Translations under genes and position numbers: made by a program
Origin: a bacterium
GTDB taxonomy: Bacteria > UBA8248
Assembly (NCBI GenBank): GCA_965219955.1
Contig: OZ244799.1
Span: 3,936,001-4,000,000 of the forward strand
Length of the DNA stretch: 64,000 nucleotides
Direction: 5' to 3'
The notes under the pieces: generated by a model
The model's database searches: none
What the model was told of the DNA's origin: nothing
Seen by the model: only the letters and a program-made list of their open reading frames with translations
Shown: piece by piece, positions 38,863-49,075 of the stretch
Layout: every line of letters begins with the position of its first letter
Position numbering within the stretch: position 1 is the stretch's first letter

Positions 38863-40293
38863 ATGGAGTCCTGGTCATTCCCACCCGCTTACGACGAGAA
38901 TTTCCTGCCGGCTCCCGAGGGCCGCTACTGGTTCCCCCGGCGGGAGACGATGCCGGCGGGAGACCGGGAGAAGGCCGTCCTGGAGCGCCTCCGGCAAGTC
39001 TGCGCCTACGCCTACGAGAATGCTGCCCTCTACCGCAATAAATGGGACGAGGCCGGTTTTCACCCGAGCCGGCTCAAGTCGCTCGAGGACTTCGAGGAGA
39101 AAGTCCCGGTCCTCACCAAAAAGGACCTGCGCGAGGCGCAGGAGCGCCGGCCGCCTTTTGGCGATTACCTCTGCGTGGACGAAACGGAAGTCTTTCACAT
39201 CCACGGCACCAGCGGCACGACCGGGCGGCCCACCGCCTTCGCCATCTCGCAGAACGACTGGCGCGCCATCGCCAACGCGCACGCGCGCATCATGTGGGGC
39301 ATGGGCCTGCGCCCCGGGGATACGATTTGCGTCGCCGCCGTGTTTTCTCTCTATATGGGGAGCTGGGGGGCGCTCGCAGGCGCGGAACGCCTCGGCGCGA
39401 AAGCCTTCCCGTTCGGCGCCGGCGCGTCCGGCATGTCGGCGCGCTGCGTGCAGTGGCTCAACATGCTGAAGCCCACCGCCTTCTACGGCACGCCGACCTA
39501 CGCCCTGCACCTCGCCCAGGTCGCGGAAGACGAGGGCCTGGACCCGCGCGATATGCAGCTCAAGATCATGTTCTTCTCCGGCGAGCCCGGCGCCTCGATC
39601 CCGGCCATCCGCGAGCGCATCGAGGGGCTCTACGGGGCCAGGGTCTACGACAGCGGCTCCATGGCCGAGATGAGTCCGTGGATGAACGTGGCGAGTTCGG
39701 CCGAGACGGACGGGATGCTCTGCTGGCAGGACGTCGTCTACACGGAAGTGTGCGACCCCGAAACCATGTGCCGGGTCCCCTACGGGGAACGGGGAACGCC
39801 CGTGTACACCCATCTCGAACGCGCCTCCCAGCCGATGATCCGCCTGGCGTCGGGGGACCTGACCCGCTGGGTGGACGAACCGAACCCGTGCGGGCGCACC
39901 TATCCGCGCCTGCCGCACGGTATTTTCGGGCGCATCGACGATATGTTCACGATCCGCGGCGAGAACGTGTATCCCAGCGAGATAGACGCCGCGCTCAACG
40001 AACTCGCGCACTATGGCGGAGAGCACCGGATCGTGATCAGCCGCGAGGCGGCGATGGACGAGTTGCTGCTGCGCGTCGAGGCCGACGCCGGGACCTTCGC
40101 CGACCCCGAGGGCGCCGCCCGGTTCTGCACGGAGGTCGAGCGCAAATTGCAGAAGGTGCTCGGGCTGCGGACGGGCGTGGAGATCGTCGAGCCGGGCTCG
40201 ATCCCCCGAACGGATTTCAAGGCGCGCCGCGTGATCGACGATCGCGCCGTCTTCCAGCAGATGCAGACGCAACTGGATGACGAAAACCGCTGA
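38863..40293 (+). CDS. PaaK-family CoA ligase, probable 2-hydroxyisobutyrate-CoA ligase
   Basis: HGTSGTTGRP, FSGEPG and GRIDDM..RGENVYPSEI; lies inside the hcm operon. Confidence 0.8.
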   Translation: MESWSFPPAYDENFLPAPEGRYWFPRRETMPAGDREKAVLERLRQVCAYAYENAALYRNKWDEAGFHPSRLKSLEDFEEKVPVLTKKDLREAQERRPPFGDYLCVDETEVFHIHGTSGTTGRPTAFAISQNDWRAIANAHARIMWGMGLRPGDTICVAAVFSLYMGSWGALAGAERLGAKAFPFGAGASGMSARCVQWLNMLKPTAFYGTPTYALHLAQVAEDEGLDPRDMQLKIMFFSGEPGASIPAIRERIEGLYGARVYDSGSMAEMSPWMNVASSAETDGMLCWQDVVYTEVCDPETMCRVPYGERGTPVYTHLERASQPMIRLASGDLTRWVDEPNPCGRTYPRLPHGIFGRIDDMFTIRGENVYPSEIDAALNELAHYGGEHRIVISREAAMDELLLRVEADAGTFADPEGAARFCTEVERKLQKVLGLRTGVEIVEPGSIPRTDFKARRVIDDRAVFQQMQTQLDDENR

Positions 40294-41297
40294 TGGGCGC
40301 CTATGTCCCTTCGGTGGAACTCATCGCCCGCGTCCAAAATGGCGAGCCGGCCGCTATCGGCCGCCTCATATCGCGCGCGGAGTCGGGCCTGGCGGAGGCG
40401 CGCGGCGCACTCGCCCGGGTTCATAAACTCGCCGGAGGAGCGCACCTCGTCGGCATCACCGGGGTGCCCGGCAGCGGGAAATCCACGCTCGTCGGCGGGC
40501 TTGCGCAAAGGCTGCGCGCCGGCGGCGAGAAGGTCGGCATCATCGCGATCGATCCGTCCTCTCCGTATTCGGGCGGCTCCATCCTGGGAGACCGCATCCG
40601 CATGAGCGACTTGAGCGCCGACCCCGGCGTTTATATCCGCAGCATGGCGACGCACGGGGCGACCGGCGGCATGGCGCGCGCGGCGCTCGAGGCGGCCGAT
40701 ATTCTCGATGCCGCCGGCTTCGGGGTCATCATTCTCGAAACCGTCGGCGTGGGCCAGGACGAGGTCGAGATCGTGCGGGCCTCCCACACCACGGTGGTGG
40801 TTTCCGCACCCGGCCTCGGGGACGAAGTCCAGGCGATCAAGGCGGGCCTTCTGGAGATCGCCGACATCCACGTCGTGTCGAAGTGCGACCGGGGCGACGC
40901 CAACCGGACGCTGACCGATTTGAAGCAGATGCTGACGCTCGGAGCGCACGAGAGCGAACCGTCCGCCTGGGCTGCTCCCGTCATCGGCACCAGCGCCGTT
41001 TCCGGGGAAGGGATCGACGAGTTGCGCGAGGCGATCACCCGCCATCGCGACGCGGCGTCAAATACCGATGCGGGCCGGGCGCGGCGCAAGAGCATCGCGG
41101 AATTCCGGCTGCGCAAAACCGCCGAAAATCTGTTGTATGATCGATTCAACGCCGCCACGGCTGCGGCGAGCGCGAAACTCGCCGAACAGCTGATGCGCCG
41201 GGAGGGCGACCCCTATTCGCTGGCGGAGGAATTGCTCTCCACGACGCTCGAAAGGGAGGGAGACCATGAACGAGACGTTCACTCAAAATCCGCTTGA
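40293..41297 (+). CDS. meaH: MeaB-family GTPase chaperone of the B12 mutase
   Basis: GITGVPGSGKST, DPSSPYSGGSILGDRIRM and ETVGVGQ. Confidence 0.88.
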   Translation: MGAYVPSVELIARVQNGEPAAIGRLISRAESGLAEARGALARVHKLAGGAHLVGITGVPGSGKSTLVGGLAQRLRAGGEKVGIIAIDPSSPYSGGSILGDRIRMSDLSADPGVYIRSMATHGATGGMARAALEAADILDAAGFGVIILETVGVGQDEVEIVRASHTTVVVSAPGLGDEVQAIKAGLLEIADIHVVSKCDRGDANRTLTDLKQMLTLGAHESEPSAWAAPVIGTSAVSGEGIDELREAITRHRDAASNTDAGRARRKSIAEFRLRKTAENLLYDRFNAATAAASAKLAEQLMRREGDPYSLAEELLSTTLEREGDHERDVHSKSA

Positions 41298-42957
41298 GAA
41301 GCTCCTGAGCGAGATCGGGGATTGGGAGCGCAACGAGGTCGCCGCCTTCCTGAACAAACAAGCCGAGCGCAAGGAGCAGTTCTTCACCACCGGCGATATT
41401 CCGGTGCAGCGCGTCTATACGGCTGCTGATGTCGCGGAAACGCCGCTCGAGGATATCGGTCTGCCGGGGCGCTATCCCTTCACGCGCGGGCCCTACCCGA
41501 CGATGTACCGCAGCCGGGTGTGGACCATGCGCCAGATCGCCGGTTTCGGCACCGGCGAAGACACCAACAAACGCTTCAAATACCTGATCTCGCAGGGGCA
41601 GACGGGACTCTCGACCGACTTCGACATGCCCACGCTCATGGGCTACGACTCCGACCACCCGATGAGCGATGGCGAGGTGGGCCGCGAAGGCGTGGCCGTG
41701 GATACGCTCGCCGACATGGAGGCGCTCTACGACGGCATCGATCTCGAGAACATCTCCGTGTCGATGACCATCAACCCCAGCGCCTGGATCCTGCTCGCCA
41801 TGTACGTGGCGCTGGCCGAGAAGCGCGGCCTCGACCTGAACAGGCTCTCGGGCACCATCCAGGCGGACATACTCAAGGAGTACATGGCGCAGAAGGAGTT
41901 CATCTATCCCATCGCGCCTTCGGTCCGCATCGTGCGCGACTGCATTTCCTTCTGCGGCCGCAACATGAAGCGCTACAACCCGATCAACATCTCGGGTTAC
42001 CACATCTCCGAAGCCGGCTCCTCGCCCTTGCAGGAGGCCGCCTTCACCATGTGCAACCTGATCGTCTACGTGGAGGAGGTGCTGAAAACCGGCATGAGCG
42101 TCGACGAGTTCGCACCGAGGCTTGGTTTCTTCTACGTCTCGCAGGCGGACCTGTTCGAGGAGATCGCCAAGTTCCGGGCGCTGCGCCGCTGTTACGCCAG
42201 GATCATGAAGGAGCGCTTCGGCGCAAAGAACCCCGAATCGATGCGGCTCCGCTTCCATTGCCAGACCGCGGCCGCGACCCTGACCAAACCCCAATTCCGG
42301 ATCAACATCGTGCGCACCGCGTTCCAGGCCCTCGCCGCGGTCCTCGGCGGCTGCCAGTCGCTGCACACGAACGGCTACGACGAGGCGTTCGCGATTCCGA
42401 CCGAGGACGCCATGCGGCTGGCCCTGCGCACGCAGCAGGTCATCGCGGAGGAAACGAACGTCGCCAACGTCATCGATCCGCTGGGCGGTTCCTACTACCT
42501 CGAGAGCCTGACCAACGAGTACGAGACGCGCATTTTCGAGATTCTCGACTATGTGGACGAAAACGGCGGCGCGATCAAATTGATCGAGGAGGGCTGGTTC
42601 CAGAAGCAGATCGCCGATTTCGCCTACGAGACCGCCCTGCGCAAGCAATCCGGTGAAAAGCCGGTCATCGGGGTCAACACCCTGGTCGAGGAGGACGAAA
42701 ACCAGGAGATCGAGACCCATCCCTATGATTCCTCGACCGCCGACCGGCAGATCGCGCGGACGAAAAGAGTGCGCGCCGAACGCGACGACGCCAGGGTCGG
42801 GACCCTTCTGGAGGAGCTCGTTTCGGTCGCAAAGGACGAGACGCGGAACATCATGCCCGTCACGGTCGAACTCGTGCGCGAGGGCGCGACGATGGGCGAT
42901 ATCGTCGAGAAGCTGAAGTCGGTCTGGGGCACCTACCGGGAAACGCCGGTTTTCTGA
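41266..42957 (+). CDS. hcmA: 2-hydroxyisobutyryl-CoA mutase large subunit
   Basis: WTMRQIAGFG (Ile where MCM has Tyr and ICM has Phe), STDFD, NISGYH and terminal YRETPVF. Confidence 0.9.
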   Translation: MNETFTQNPLEKLLSEIGDWERNEVAAFLNKQAERKEQFFTTGDIPVQRVYTAADVAETPLEDIGLPGRYPFTRGPYPTMYRSRVWTMRQIAGFGTGEDTNKRFKYLISQGQTGLSTDFDMPTLMGYDSDHPMSDGEVGREGVAVDTLADMEALYDGIDLENISVSMTINPSAWILLAMYVALAEKRGLDLNRLSGTIQADILKEYMAQKEFIYPIAPSVRIVRDCISFCGRNMKRYNPINISGYHISEAGSSPLQEAAFTMCNLIVYVEEVLKTGMSVDEFAPRLGFFYVSQADLFEEIAKFRALRRCYARIMKERFGAKNPESMRLRFHCQTAAATLTKPQFRINIVRTAFQALAAVLGGCQSLHTNGYDEAFAIPTEDAMRLALRTQQVIAEETNVANVIDPLGGSYYLESLTNEYETRIFEILDYVDENGGAIKLIEEGWFQKQIADFAYETALRKQSGEKPVIGVNTLVEEDENQEIETHPYDSSTADRQIARTKRVRAERDDARVGTLLEELVSVAKDETRNIMPVTVELVREGATMGDIVEKLKSVWGTYRETPVF

Positions 42958-43049
42958 TTCAAACGACGGCCCGGGAGAGCGTCCGGCGGCGCAGCCGGAC
43001 GCCTCGCGACCGATTCTTCATGCATCCCTTATTCCGAGGAAGATGGAAA

Positions 43050-44243
43050 ATGAAAGTGACTCGAAGCTTCATGGCAATCGCGTTCCTGGGGGCGGCGACC
43101 CTCCTCACCGGTTCGGCCCTGGCGTCAGGTGAAATCACCATCGGCGGGTCCATCTCCCATACGGGCCGTTACGCGGAGCCGGCAGGCCGGTTCGTCAACG
43201 CCTATCGTCTGTTCGTCGATCGGCAAAACGCCAGGGGCGGCCTGCTGGGCAGGAAGGTGAAGTTGGTGCTCCTGGACGATAAATCGGACAAGCAGACCAG
43301 CATCAAGCTCTACGAGAGGCTCATCACGCAGGAGAAGATCGATTTCACGCTCGGCCCCTACTCCAGCGGCATCACCGACGCGGTGGCCAACCTCTTTGAA
43401 AGGCACGAATACCCCACGCTGGCGCCGGGCGCTTCCTCCAGAGGGCTGTGGGAGAAGGGCAGAAAATACCTGTTCAACCAAAACGCCGTAGCCCAGAAAA
43501 ACCACAAGGGCGCGCTGCACCTCGCCAGGGAGGTCGGGGTGAAGCGGATCGCCATCATCGGCGAGGACAGCCTCTTTCCCCGGCAGTCGGCGGAGGGCGC
43601 CGTGGAGTGGGCGAAGAAACTCGGCCTCAAAGTGGTGCTGAACGAGAACTATCCGCGCAGGCAGACCGACTTCACAGCGCTGCTGCAGAAAATCAAGGCG
43701 CGCCGCGCGGAGGCGCTTTTCTCGAACAGCTATTTCGCGGACGCCGCCGCGCAGATTCGCCAGCTCAGGGAACTCAACATCAACCTCAAGATTTTCGCCG
43801 GAACCATCGGCCCCGGTCTCCCTAAATTCGCCGAGCAACTCGGCGCCACGGCGGAGTACGTTCTGGGCTTCAGCCAGTGGGAGCCGCAACCCGACGCCCT
43901 GAAGTTTCCGGGCATGAGAGAACTCATCGACTCCTACGAGAAGCGCCACGGGGTGAAGCCGAGCGATCATGTCGCCATGGCTTACGGAGCGATAGAGGTG
44001 GTGAGTCAGGCGATTCTGAAAGCAGGTTCCCATGATCGCCGAAAAGTCTGGAAGACGCTGCGCGCCTCGGCGTTCCAGACCGTGATGGGAAGATGGAAGG
44101 TGGATGAGAACAACCTCAACGAGCGGGACGGCCTGACGTTCCAGATTCTCGACGGCAGGCGCAGAATCGTCTGGCCGAAAGAACTCGCGGAAGTTCTCTA
44201 CAAGCTGCCGATGCCCGGATGGAAGGAAAGAAACAAACGCTGA
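43050..44243 (+). CDS. orphan LivJ-type ABC substrate-binding protein
   Basis: Signal peptide; IGGSISHTG, GGLLGRKV and LGPYSSG. Confidence 0.9.
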   Translation: MKVTRSFMAIAFLGAATLLTGSALASGEITIGGSISHTGRYAEPAGRFVNAYRLFVDRQNARGGLLGRKVKLVLLDDKSDKQTSIKLYERLITQEKIDFTLGPYSSGITDAVANLFERHEYPTLAPGASSRGLWEKGRKYLFNQNAVAQKNHKGALHLAREVGVKRIAIIGEDSLFPRQSAEGAVEWAKKLGLKVVLNENYPRRQTDFTALLQKIKARRAEALFSNSYFADAAAQIRQLRELNINLKIFAGTIGPGLPKFAEQLGATAEYVLGFSQWEPQPDALKFPGMRELIDSYEKRHGVKPSDHVAMAYGAIEVVSQAILKAGSHDRRKVWKTLRASAFQTVMGRWKVDENNLNERDGLTFQILDGRRRIVWPKELAEVLYKLPMPGWKERNKR

Positions 44244-44327
44244 TGACGGGAGATATGGTCGAGAAACAGAAGTCGGTCCGGAGCGCCTGCCGGGAAACGC
44301 CGGTTTTCTGATTCAAGCGATAGCCCC
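44242..44327 (+). repeat. degenerate direct copy of the hcmA 3' end (42888-42973)
   Basis: Ungapped 86-bp alignment with an identical 27-bp core CCGGGAAACGCCGGTTTTCTGATTCAA. Confidence 0.85.
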
Positions 44328-44572
44328 GCTGTAATGACCGGACGGGGCCGACCCGTGCGCCGTCGCCCAGCCTGATGCGGCGTTGCAGACGCCATTGCAT
44401 CTTCTCCGCTCACGGCGAGACCCGGCCGGAAAAATCATTTCATCCTTAGGGCCCGGCTGCCCGGCTTCGGGCGCTTTGCTACAATACGCCTCTCATTTTT
44501 GAAGTCACCCTCGTTCCGGGCGCCGCCGTTCGCCGGCGCGGCCTGCGGCGGGTCTTCTTGAGGAGACATGTC

Positions 44573-46198
44573 ATGCCCGAGTTGTCCGCCAATTTCGCGC
44601 CCTTGAGCCCGCTCAACTTCATGGAGCGCAACCACTGGGTCTACAAAGACAAGGAAGCCGTCGTCTACGGGAGCCGCCGCTACACCTACGCGCAGTTCGC
44701 CGATCGCGTCCAGCGCTGCGCGGCCGCCTTGAAGGCGGCGGGGGTCGGGGAGGGGGATCGGGTCGCCTACGTCGTCCCCAACGTGCCGGCCATGCTCGAG
44801 GCCCACTTCGCGGTTCCCCTGCTGGGCGCGCTCCTGGTGGCGATCAACATCCGCCTCTCCCCGGAGGAGATCGCCTACATCTGCGAGCACTCGGGCGCCA
44901 AGGCGCTCGTCGCCGACTGCGAATGGGCGAAGCCCCTCGCCGATCAGCGGAGCAAACTCCCGGGGGTCCGGACCTTCGTGAACGTGGTGGATGACGCCGC
45001 GGGCTTCGGTCCTTCCGACGCCGTTTTCGACGGGCCGGAGTACGAGGCGTTCATCGCCTCGGCGCAGAACGAGAACCTTCCCTGGAAGGTCGGCGAGGAG
45101 GGCGCGCCCCTCTCGATCAACTACACCAGCGGGACCACGGGCCGCCCCAAGGGCGTGATGTACACCCACCGGGGCGCCTATCTGAACGCCCTGGGCGAGA
45201 TCACCGAGGTGGGCGGCTCGGTCTACATGAACTACCTCTGGACCCTCCCGATGTTCCACTGCAACGGCTGGTGCTACACCTGGGGCGTGACGGCGGTTGG
45301 CGGACGACACGTCTGCCTGCGCGCCGTCCAGCCGGCCGAGATATTCCGCCTCATCCGCGAGGAGCGGGTCTCCCACTTCTGCGCCGCCCCCACCGTGCTT
45401 ATCGCCCTCGCGAACGACCCCGCCGCCCGGGAGGGCCCCTTCCCCCAGCCCGTCACCATCATGACCGCGGGCGCGCCGCCCTCCCCCACCATCATCGCCA
45501 CCATGGAGGAGGACCTCGGTGCTCGGGTCGTCCACGCCTACGGGCTCACCGAAACCTACGGCCCCCACACCGTCTGCGCATGGCATCCGGAATGGGACGA
45601 TCTCCCCGCCGCGGAGCGCGCGCGTCTCAAGGCGCGCCAGGGGGTCCCCTTCGTCATGACGGGGGAATGCGAGGTCCGGGACCCGGAGATGCGCGCGGTT
45701 CCCTGGGACGGAAAGACCCAGGGCGAGGTCATGATGCGCGGAAACAACGTCATGGCCGGCTATTACGACAACCCCGCCGCCACCGAGGAGGCCTTTCGGG
45801 GCGGCTGGTTCCACAGCGGAGACATCGCCGTCGCGCACGAGGACGGCTATATCGACCTCCAGGACCGCGCCAAGGACATCATCATCTCGGGTGGGGAGAA
45901 CATCTCCACCATCGAGGTCGAGAAAGCCATCGCCTCTCACCCGGCGATTCTCGAGGTCGCCGTCGTCGCTGCGCCCGATGAGAAATGGGGCGAGGTGCCC
46001 AAGGCATTCGCCGTCAAGAAGGAGGGGATGGAGGTGAGCGAGGAGGAGATCATCGAACACGTGAAGGGCCGCCTCGCCCGCTTCAAGGCGCCAAAGCGCG
46101 TGGAGTTCGGCCCGCTCCCCAAGACCGCCACGGGCAAGATCCAGAAGTTCGTCCTCCGCGACAAGGAATGGGCCGGCCGCGAGAAGCGGGTGAACTAG
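44573..46198 (+). CDS. acyl-CoA synthetase (AMP-forming, medium/long-chain or DmdB-like)
   Basis: YTSGTTGRPKG, PMFHCNGW, YGLTETYG and PKTATGKIQK. Confidence 0.92.
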   Translation: MPELSANFAPLSPLNFMERNHWVYKDKEAVVYGSRRYTYAQFADRVQRCAAALKAAGVGEGDRVAYVVPNVPAMLEAHFAVPLLGALLVAINIRLSPEEIAYICEHSGAKALVADCEWAKPLADQRSKLPGVRTFVNVVDDAAGFGPSDAVFDGPEYEAFIASAQNENLPWKVGEEGAPLSINYTSGTTGRPKGVMYTHRGAYLNALGEITEVGGSVYMNYLWTLPMFHCNGWCYTWGVTAVGGRHVCLRAVQPAEIFRLIREERVSHFCAAPTVLIALANDPAAREGPFPQPVTIMTAGAPPSPTIIATMEEDLGARVVHAYGLTETYGPHTVCAWHPEWDDLPAAERARLKARQGVPFVMTGECEVRDPEMRAVPWDGKTQGEVMMRGNNVMAGYYDNPAATEEAFRGGWFHSGDIAVAHEDGYIDLQDRAKDIIISGGENISTIEVEKAIASHPAILEVAVVAAPDEKWGEVPKAFAVKKEGMEVSEEEIIEHVKGRLARFKAPKRVEFGPLPKTATGKIQKFVLRDKEWAGREKRVN

Positions 46199-46240
46199 GG
46201 GCCGCGGCCGCCTTCATCCTGACGGCGAGCCCGGCTGCGT

Positions 46241-47473
46241 TCAGCCCTCCTCCAGCGCGAGACGGGGGAGCGGCTTCTCGTCGATGGCCAGGTGGAGGAT
46301 GGCCGTGGACACCCCTAAGAACACGGCGGCCCACCACATCAGATCGTACGAGCCGGTGCGATCGTAGAGCATCCCGCCCATCCATATGCCGACGAAGCTT
46401 CCGATCTGATGGCCCAGGAACACGATGCCGAAGAGGGTCGCCATGAATTTCAACCCGAAGATCTGCGCGACGATGCCGGTGGTCAGCGGGACCGTCGAGA
46501 GCCACAGCAGCCCCATCGCCGCCGCGAACAGATAGATCGTCAGGGCGCTCGACGGAGCCATCAGGAGCGCGACGATGACCAGCGCCCGGCCCAGGTAGAT
46601 GACGGAAAGACTCATCTTCTTGCTGAACCGCTGGCCGATGGCGCCCGACATGAACGCGCCGAAGATGTTGAGCAGCCCGACGATCGAGAGCGAATAGGCG
46701 CCTACATGCGGCGGGAGGCCGAGATCGGTGACGTAGGCGGGGAAGTGCACGACGATGAACGAGACGTGGAACCCGCACACGAAGAAACCGATGGTGAGGA
46801 GCACGTAGCCGCGGTGGCTCATCGCTTCGTCGAGCGCCTCTCTGAGGGTCTGGCCCGATTCCGGCTCGCCGACTGCCTTGCCTGCGCCCCACAGCGTGAA
46901 CGCGAGCGGAATCATGGCCAGCGTGATGAGAGAGATCAGCAGGAGCGAGTCGTACCAGCCGTATCTCGATATCAGGGTCTGGGTGAGCGGTGAGAAGATC
47001 ACCTGGCCGAGCGAGCCGGCCGCGGTTCCGAAGCCGAGGGCGAGCGAGCGGCGCTCCGGCCCCACGACCCGCGCGATGGCGGCGAGCACGAGCGAGAACG
47101 AGGTGAACGCGACCCCGAGGCCGACGAGGAGGCCGCCGCTCAGATGGAGTGCGAGTCCGCTCTCCGAGGCCGCCATGCCTGCAATGCCCATGGCGTAGGC
47201 GACGGCGCCCGAGGCGAGCACCAGCGCCGGTCCGTACCGGTCCACGATGGCCCCGGCGACCGGGACGCCGACGCCCCACAATAGATTCTGGATCGCCATC
47301 GCGAACGCGAAGGTCTGGCGCGACCACCCGTTCGAAACCGTCATCGGCTCGAGATAGAGCCCGAAGCTCCCGCGGACCCCGAATCCGATGAGCGATATCA
47401 GGCAACCGGCCACGATTATCGCGAGCACGGCGCCGCGACCGGGATGGATTTCGGTGGTGGAAACGCGGCTCAT
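46241..47473 (-). CDS. MFS transporter
   Basis: About 12 hydrophobic segments; GAIVDRYG, FFVCGFH and HQIGSF. Confidence 0.9.
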   Translation of the reverse strand: MSRVSTTEIHPGRGAVLAIIVAGCLISLIGFGVRGSFGLYLEPMTVSNGWSRQTFAFAMAIQNLLWGVGVPVAGAIVDRYGPALVLASGAVAYAMGIAGMAASESGLALHLSGGLLVGLGVAFTSFSLVLAAIARVVGPERRSLALGFGTAAGSLGQVIFSPLTQTLISRYGWYDSLLLISLITLAMIPLAFTLWGAGKAVGEPESGQTLREALDEAMSHRGYVLLTIGFFVCGFHVSFIVVHFPAYVTDLGLPPHVGAYSLSIVGLLNIFGAFMSGAIGQRFSKKMSLSVIYLGRALVIVALLMAPSSALTIYLFAAAMGLLWLSTVPLTTGIVAQIFGLKFMATLFGIVFLGHQIGSFVGIWMGGMLYDRTGSYDLMWWAAVFLGVSTAILHLAIDEKPLPRLALEEG

Positions 47474-47806
47474 GGGGATTCGATCTCCATCTCAAGCAAT
47501 GGTCGAAGCATGGCGCTGCGGCCTGACGGTCTCTCCCGCGCATATACGAAGTGCGCAATGTAACACGCCTGGTGTCGATATCGAATCCGGATCCGGACCA
47601 TCCGTCTCGCGGAGCGACTCCGCCTTCAGGCGGGAAGGTGCGCTTCCCCGTCAATTGCATCACTTTGCGGCCTGCTCCGTTGCACGGGTAATTATCTATT
47701 TGAGGCTGTGAGGGAATTTCCTGCTTCGTACCGGGGGCAGGGTGCTTGTTTCCGTCAATTCATTTGCCGCCGCGCAGCGGGCGGAACCGGATGTTTCAGG
47801 CGGGAT

Positions 47807-48385
47807 TCAGCAGCCGTACACCCGGATGGCGGAGGGCTGCGTCGGGCAGAAATACTCGCATACGCCGCACCCGATACACCCTTTCTCGACCACGGGGCCG
47901 CGGACGCCTCCTGCGCGCTCGAGGCGGATGGCTCCTGAACCGAGCGGGCAGCGGTCCACGCAATAATCGCAGCCCGGATCCGTCCCGCTCCACGCGAGGC
48001 AGCGGTCGGGGCTCACCTGCGCGAGTCCGATCCGTATCTCCTCTCGGGACACCAGGGAGAGAGCGCCGCTCGGGCAGGCCTTCATGCAGGCCAAGTCCTC
48101 ACAGACGATGCAGGCGGCCTCCTGGGGGACGATGACCGGATGGAGGGTTCCAGAATCGTCCGCTCCGGGGACCAGCCGGATGGCATCGGCCGGGCAGACC
48201 TCCGCGCACGCGCCGACGCCGCAGCAAAGCTCCAGGAATTCCTCCTCGGGCGCTGCGCCCGGCGGACGGAGCGGGGGCCGGGTCGGCTCTGCGCTATCGT
48301 CCGAAGACGCGGAGAGGACCGCCTGGATAAAGGCGAAAGGTCCCTTCTGGAGGAAAGCCCTTCGGTCGAATTCAATCGGCTTCAT
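47807..48385 (-). CDS. NapF/MauM-like polyferredoxin
   Basis: LRPPGA and multiple CxxCxxCxxxCP motifs. Confidence 0.85.
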   Translation of the reverse strand: MKPIEFDRRAFLQKGPFAFIQAVLSASSDDSAEPTRPPLRPPGAAPEEEFLELCCGVGACAEVCPADAIRLVPGADDSGTLHPVIVPQEAACIVCEDLACMKACPSGALSLVSREEIRIGLAQVSPDRCLAWSGTDPGCDYCVDRCPLGSGAIRLERAGGVRGPVVEKGCIGCGVCEYFCPTQPSAIRVYGC

Positions 48386-48394
48386 CGCAAATCC

Positions 48395-49075
48395 TCAGAC
48401 CAGCCGGCGGGCCGGGCGTCCCTTCGTCCCGAAGGGGAGCACGTGAATCGCTTTCGTGGGAACGGGGCAGACCTCCTCGCAAAGTCCGCAGCCGACGCAG
48501 TATTTTTCGACGACTTCGGGCTTCAGCATGGCCTTTTGAATGATGGCCTCGCCCTTGAAGGGGCACACCGTGAAGCAGGCTTCGCACCGCCCGCGGTGGA
48601 TGTGCGGCAGGCATGCCCGCTTGTCGAGCACGGCCACCCCCATGCGAACCTGCGCCGCCTCGTCCTCCTCCATGGGACGGATGGCGTCGGTCGGGCACAC
48701 CTGTGTGCAGCGCATACACAGGATGCAGGCCTGTGCGCTGGGCACGACGAGGGGCGTCACCGAGGCGAGTCCTGCGCCCTTGACGAAGCGGATCGCCTTG
48801 ACCGGGCAGACCTCCCCGCAGAGATAACAGCCCGTGCACCGCTTCCGGAACAGGGACTCTTCCACCGCGCCCGGAGGGCGGAGGGGGCCGCTCACGTAGG
48901 TCGAGAAGGGGAAATCCTCCGCCAGCCGCTCGCGCAGGGGGCGGTGTACGAATGGCCGCAGGAGCCAACCCATCCCGGCGGCGGCGAGGGTCATCGCCAG
49001 CCAGCCGCCTGCGCGTCTCAGGAAGGCCCGGCGCCGGATTCGCTCTTTTCCGGGAAGAGTCTCGAGATGCCTCAT
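48395..49075 (-). CDS. NapG/MauM-like polyferredoxin
   Basis: RRRAFL plus a hydrophobic segment, LRPPGA and four Cys clusters. Confidence 0.85.
   Translation of the reverse strand: MRHLETLPGKERIRRRAFLRRAGGWLAMTLAAAGMGWLLRPFVHRPLRERLAEDFPFSTYVSGPLRPPGAVEESLFRKRCTGCYLCGEVCPVKAIRFVKGAGLASVTPLVVPSAQACILCMRCTQVCPTDAIRPMEEDEAAQVRMGVAVLDKRACLPHIHRGRCEACFTVCPFKGEAIIQKAMLKPEVVEKYCVGCGLCEEVCPVPTKAIHVLPFGTKGRPARRLV

Noticed and set aside
41266-42957. Methylmalonyl-CoA mutase paired with the epimerase at 22788
   Set aside because: RQIAG instead of RQYAG, and the operon layout, indicate HCM.
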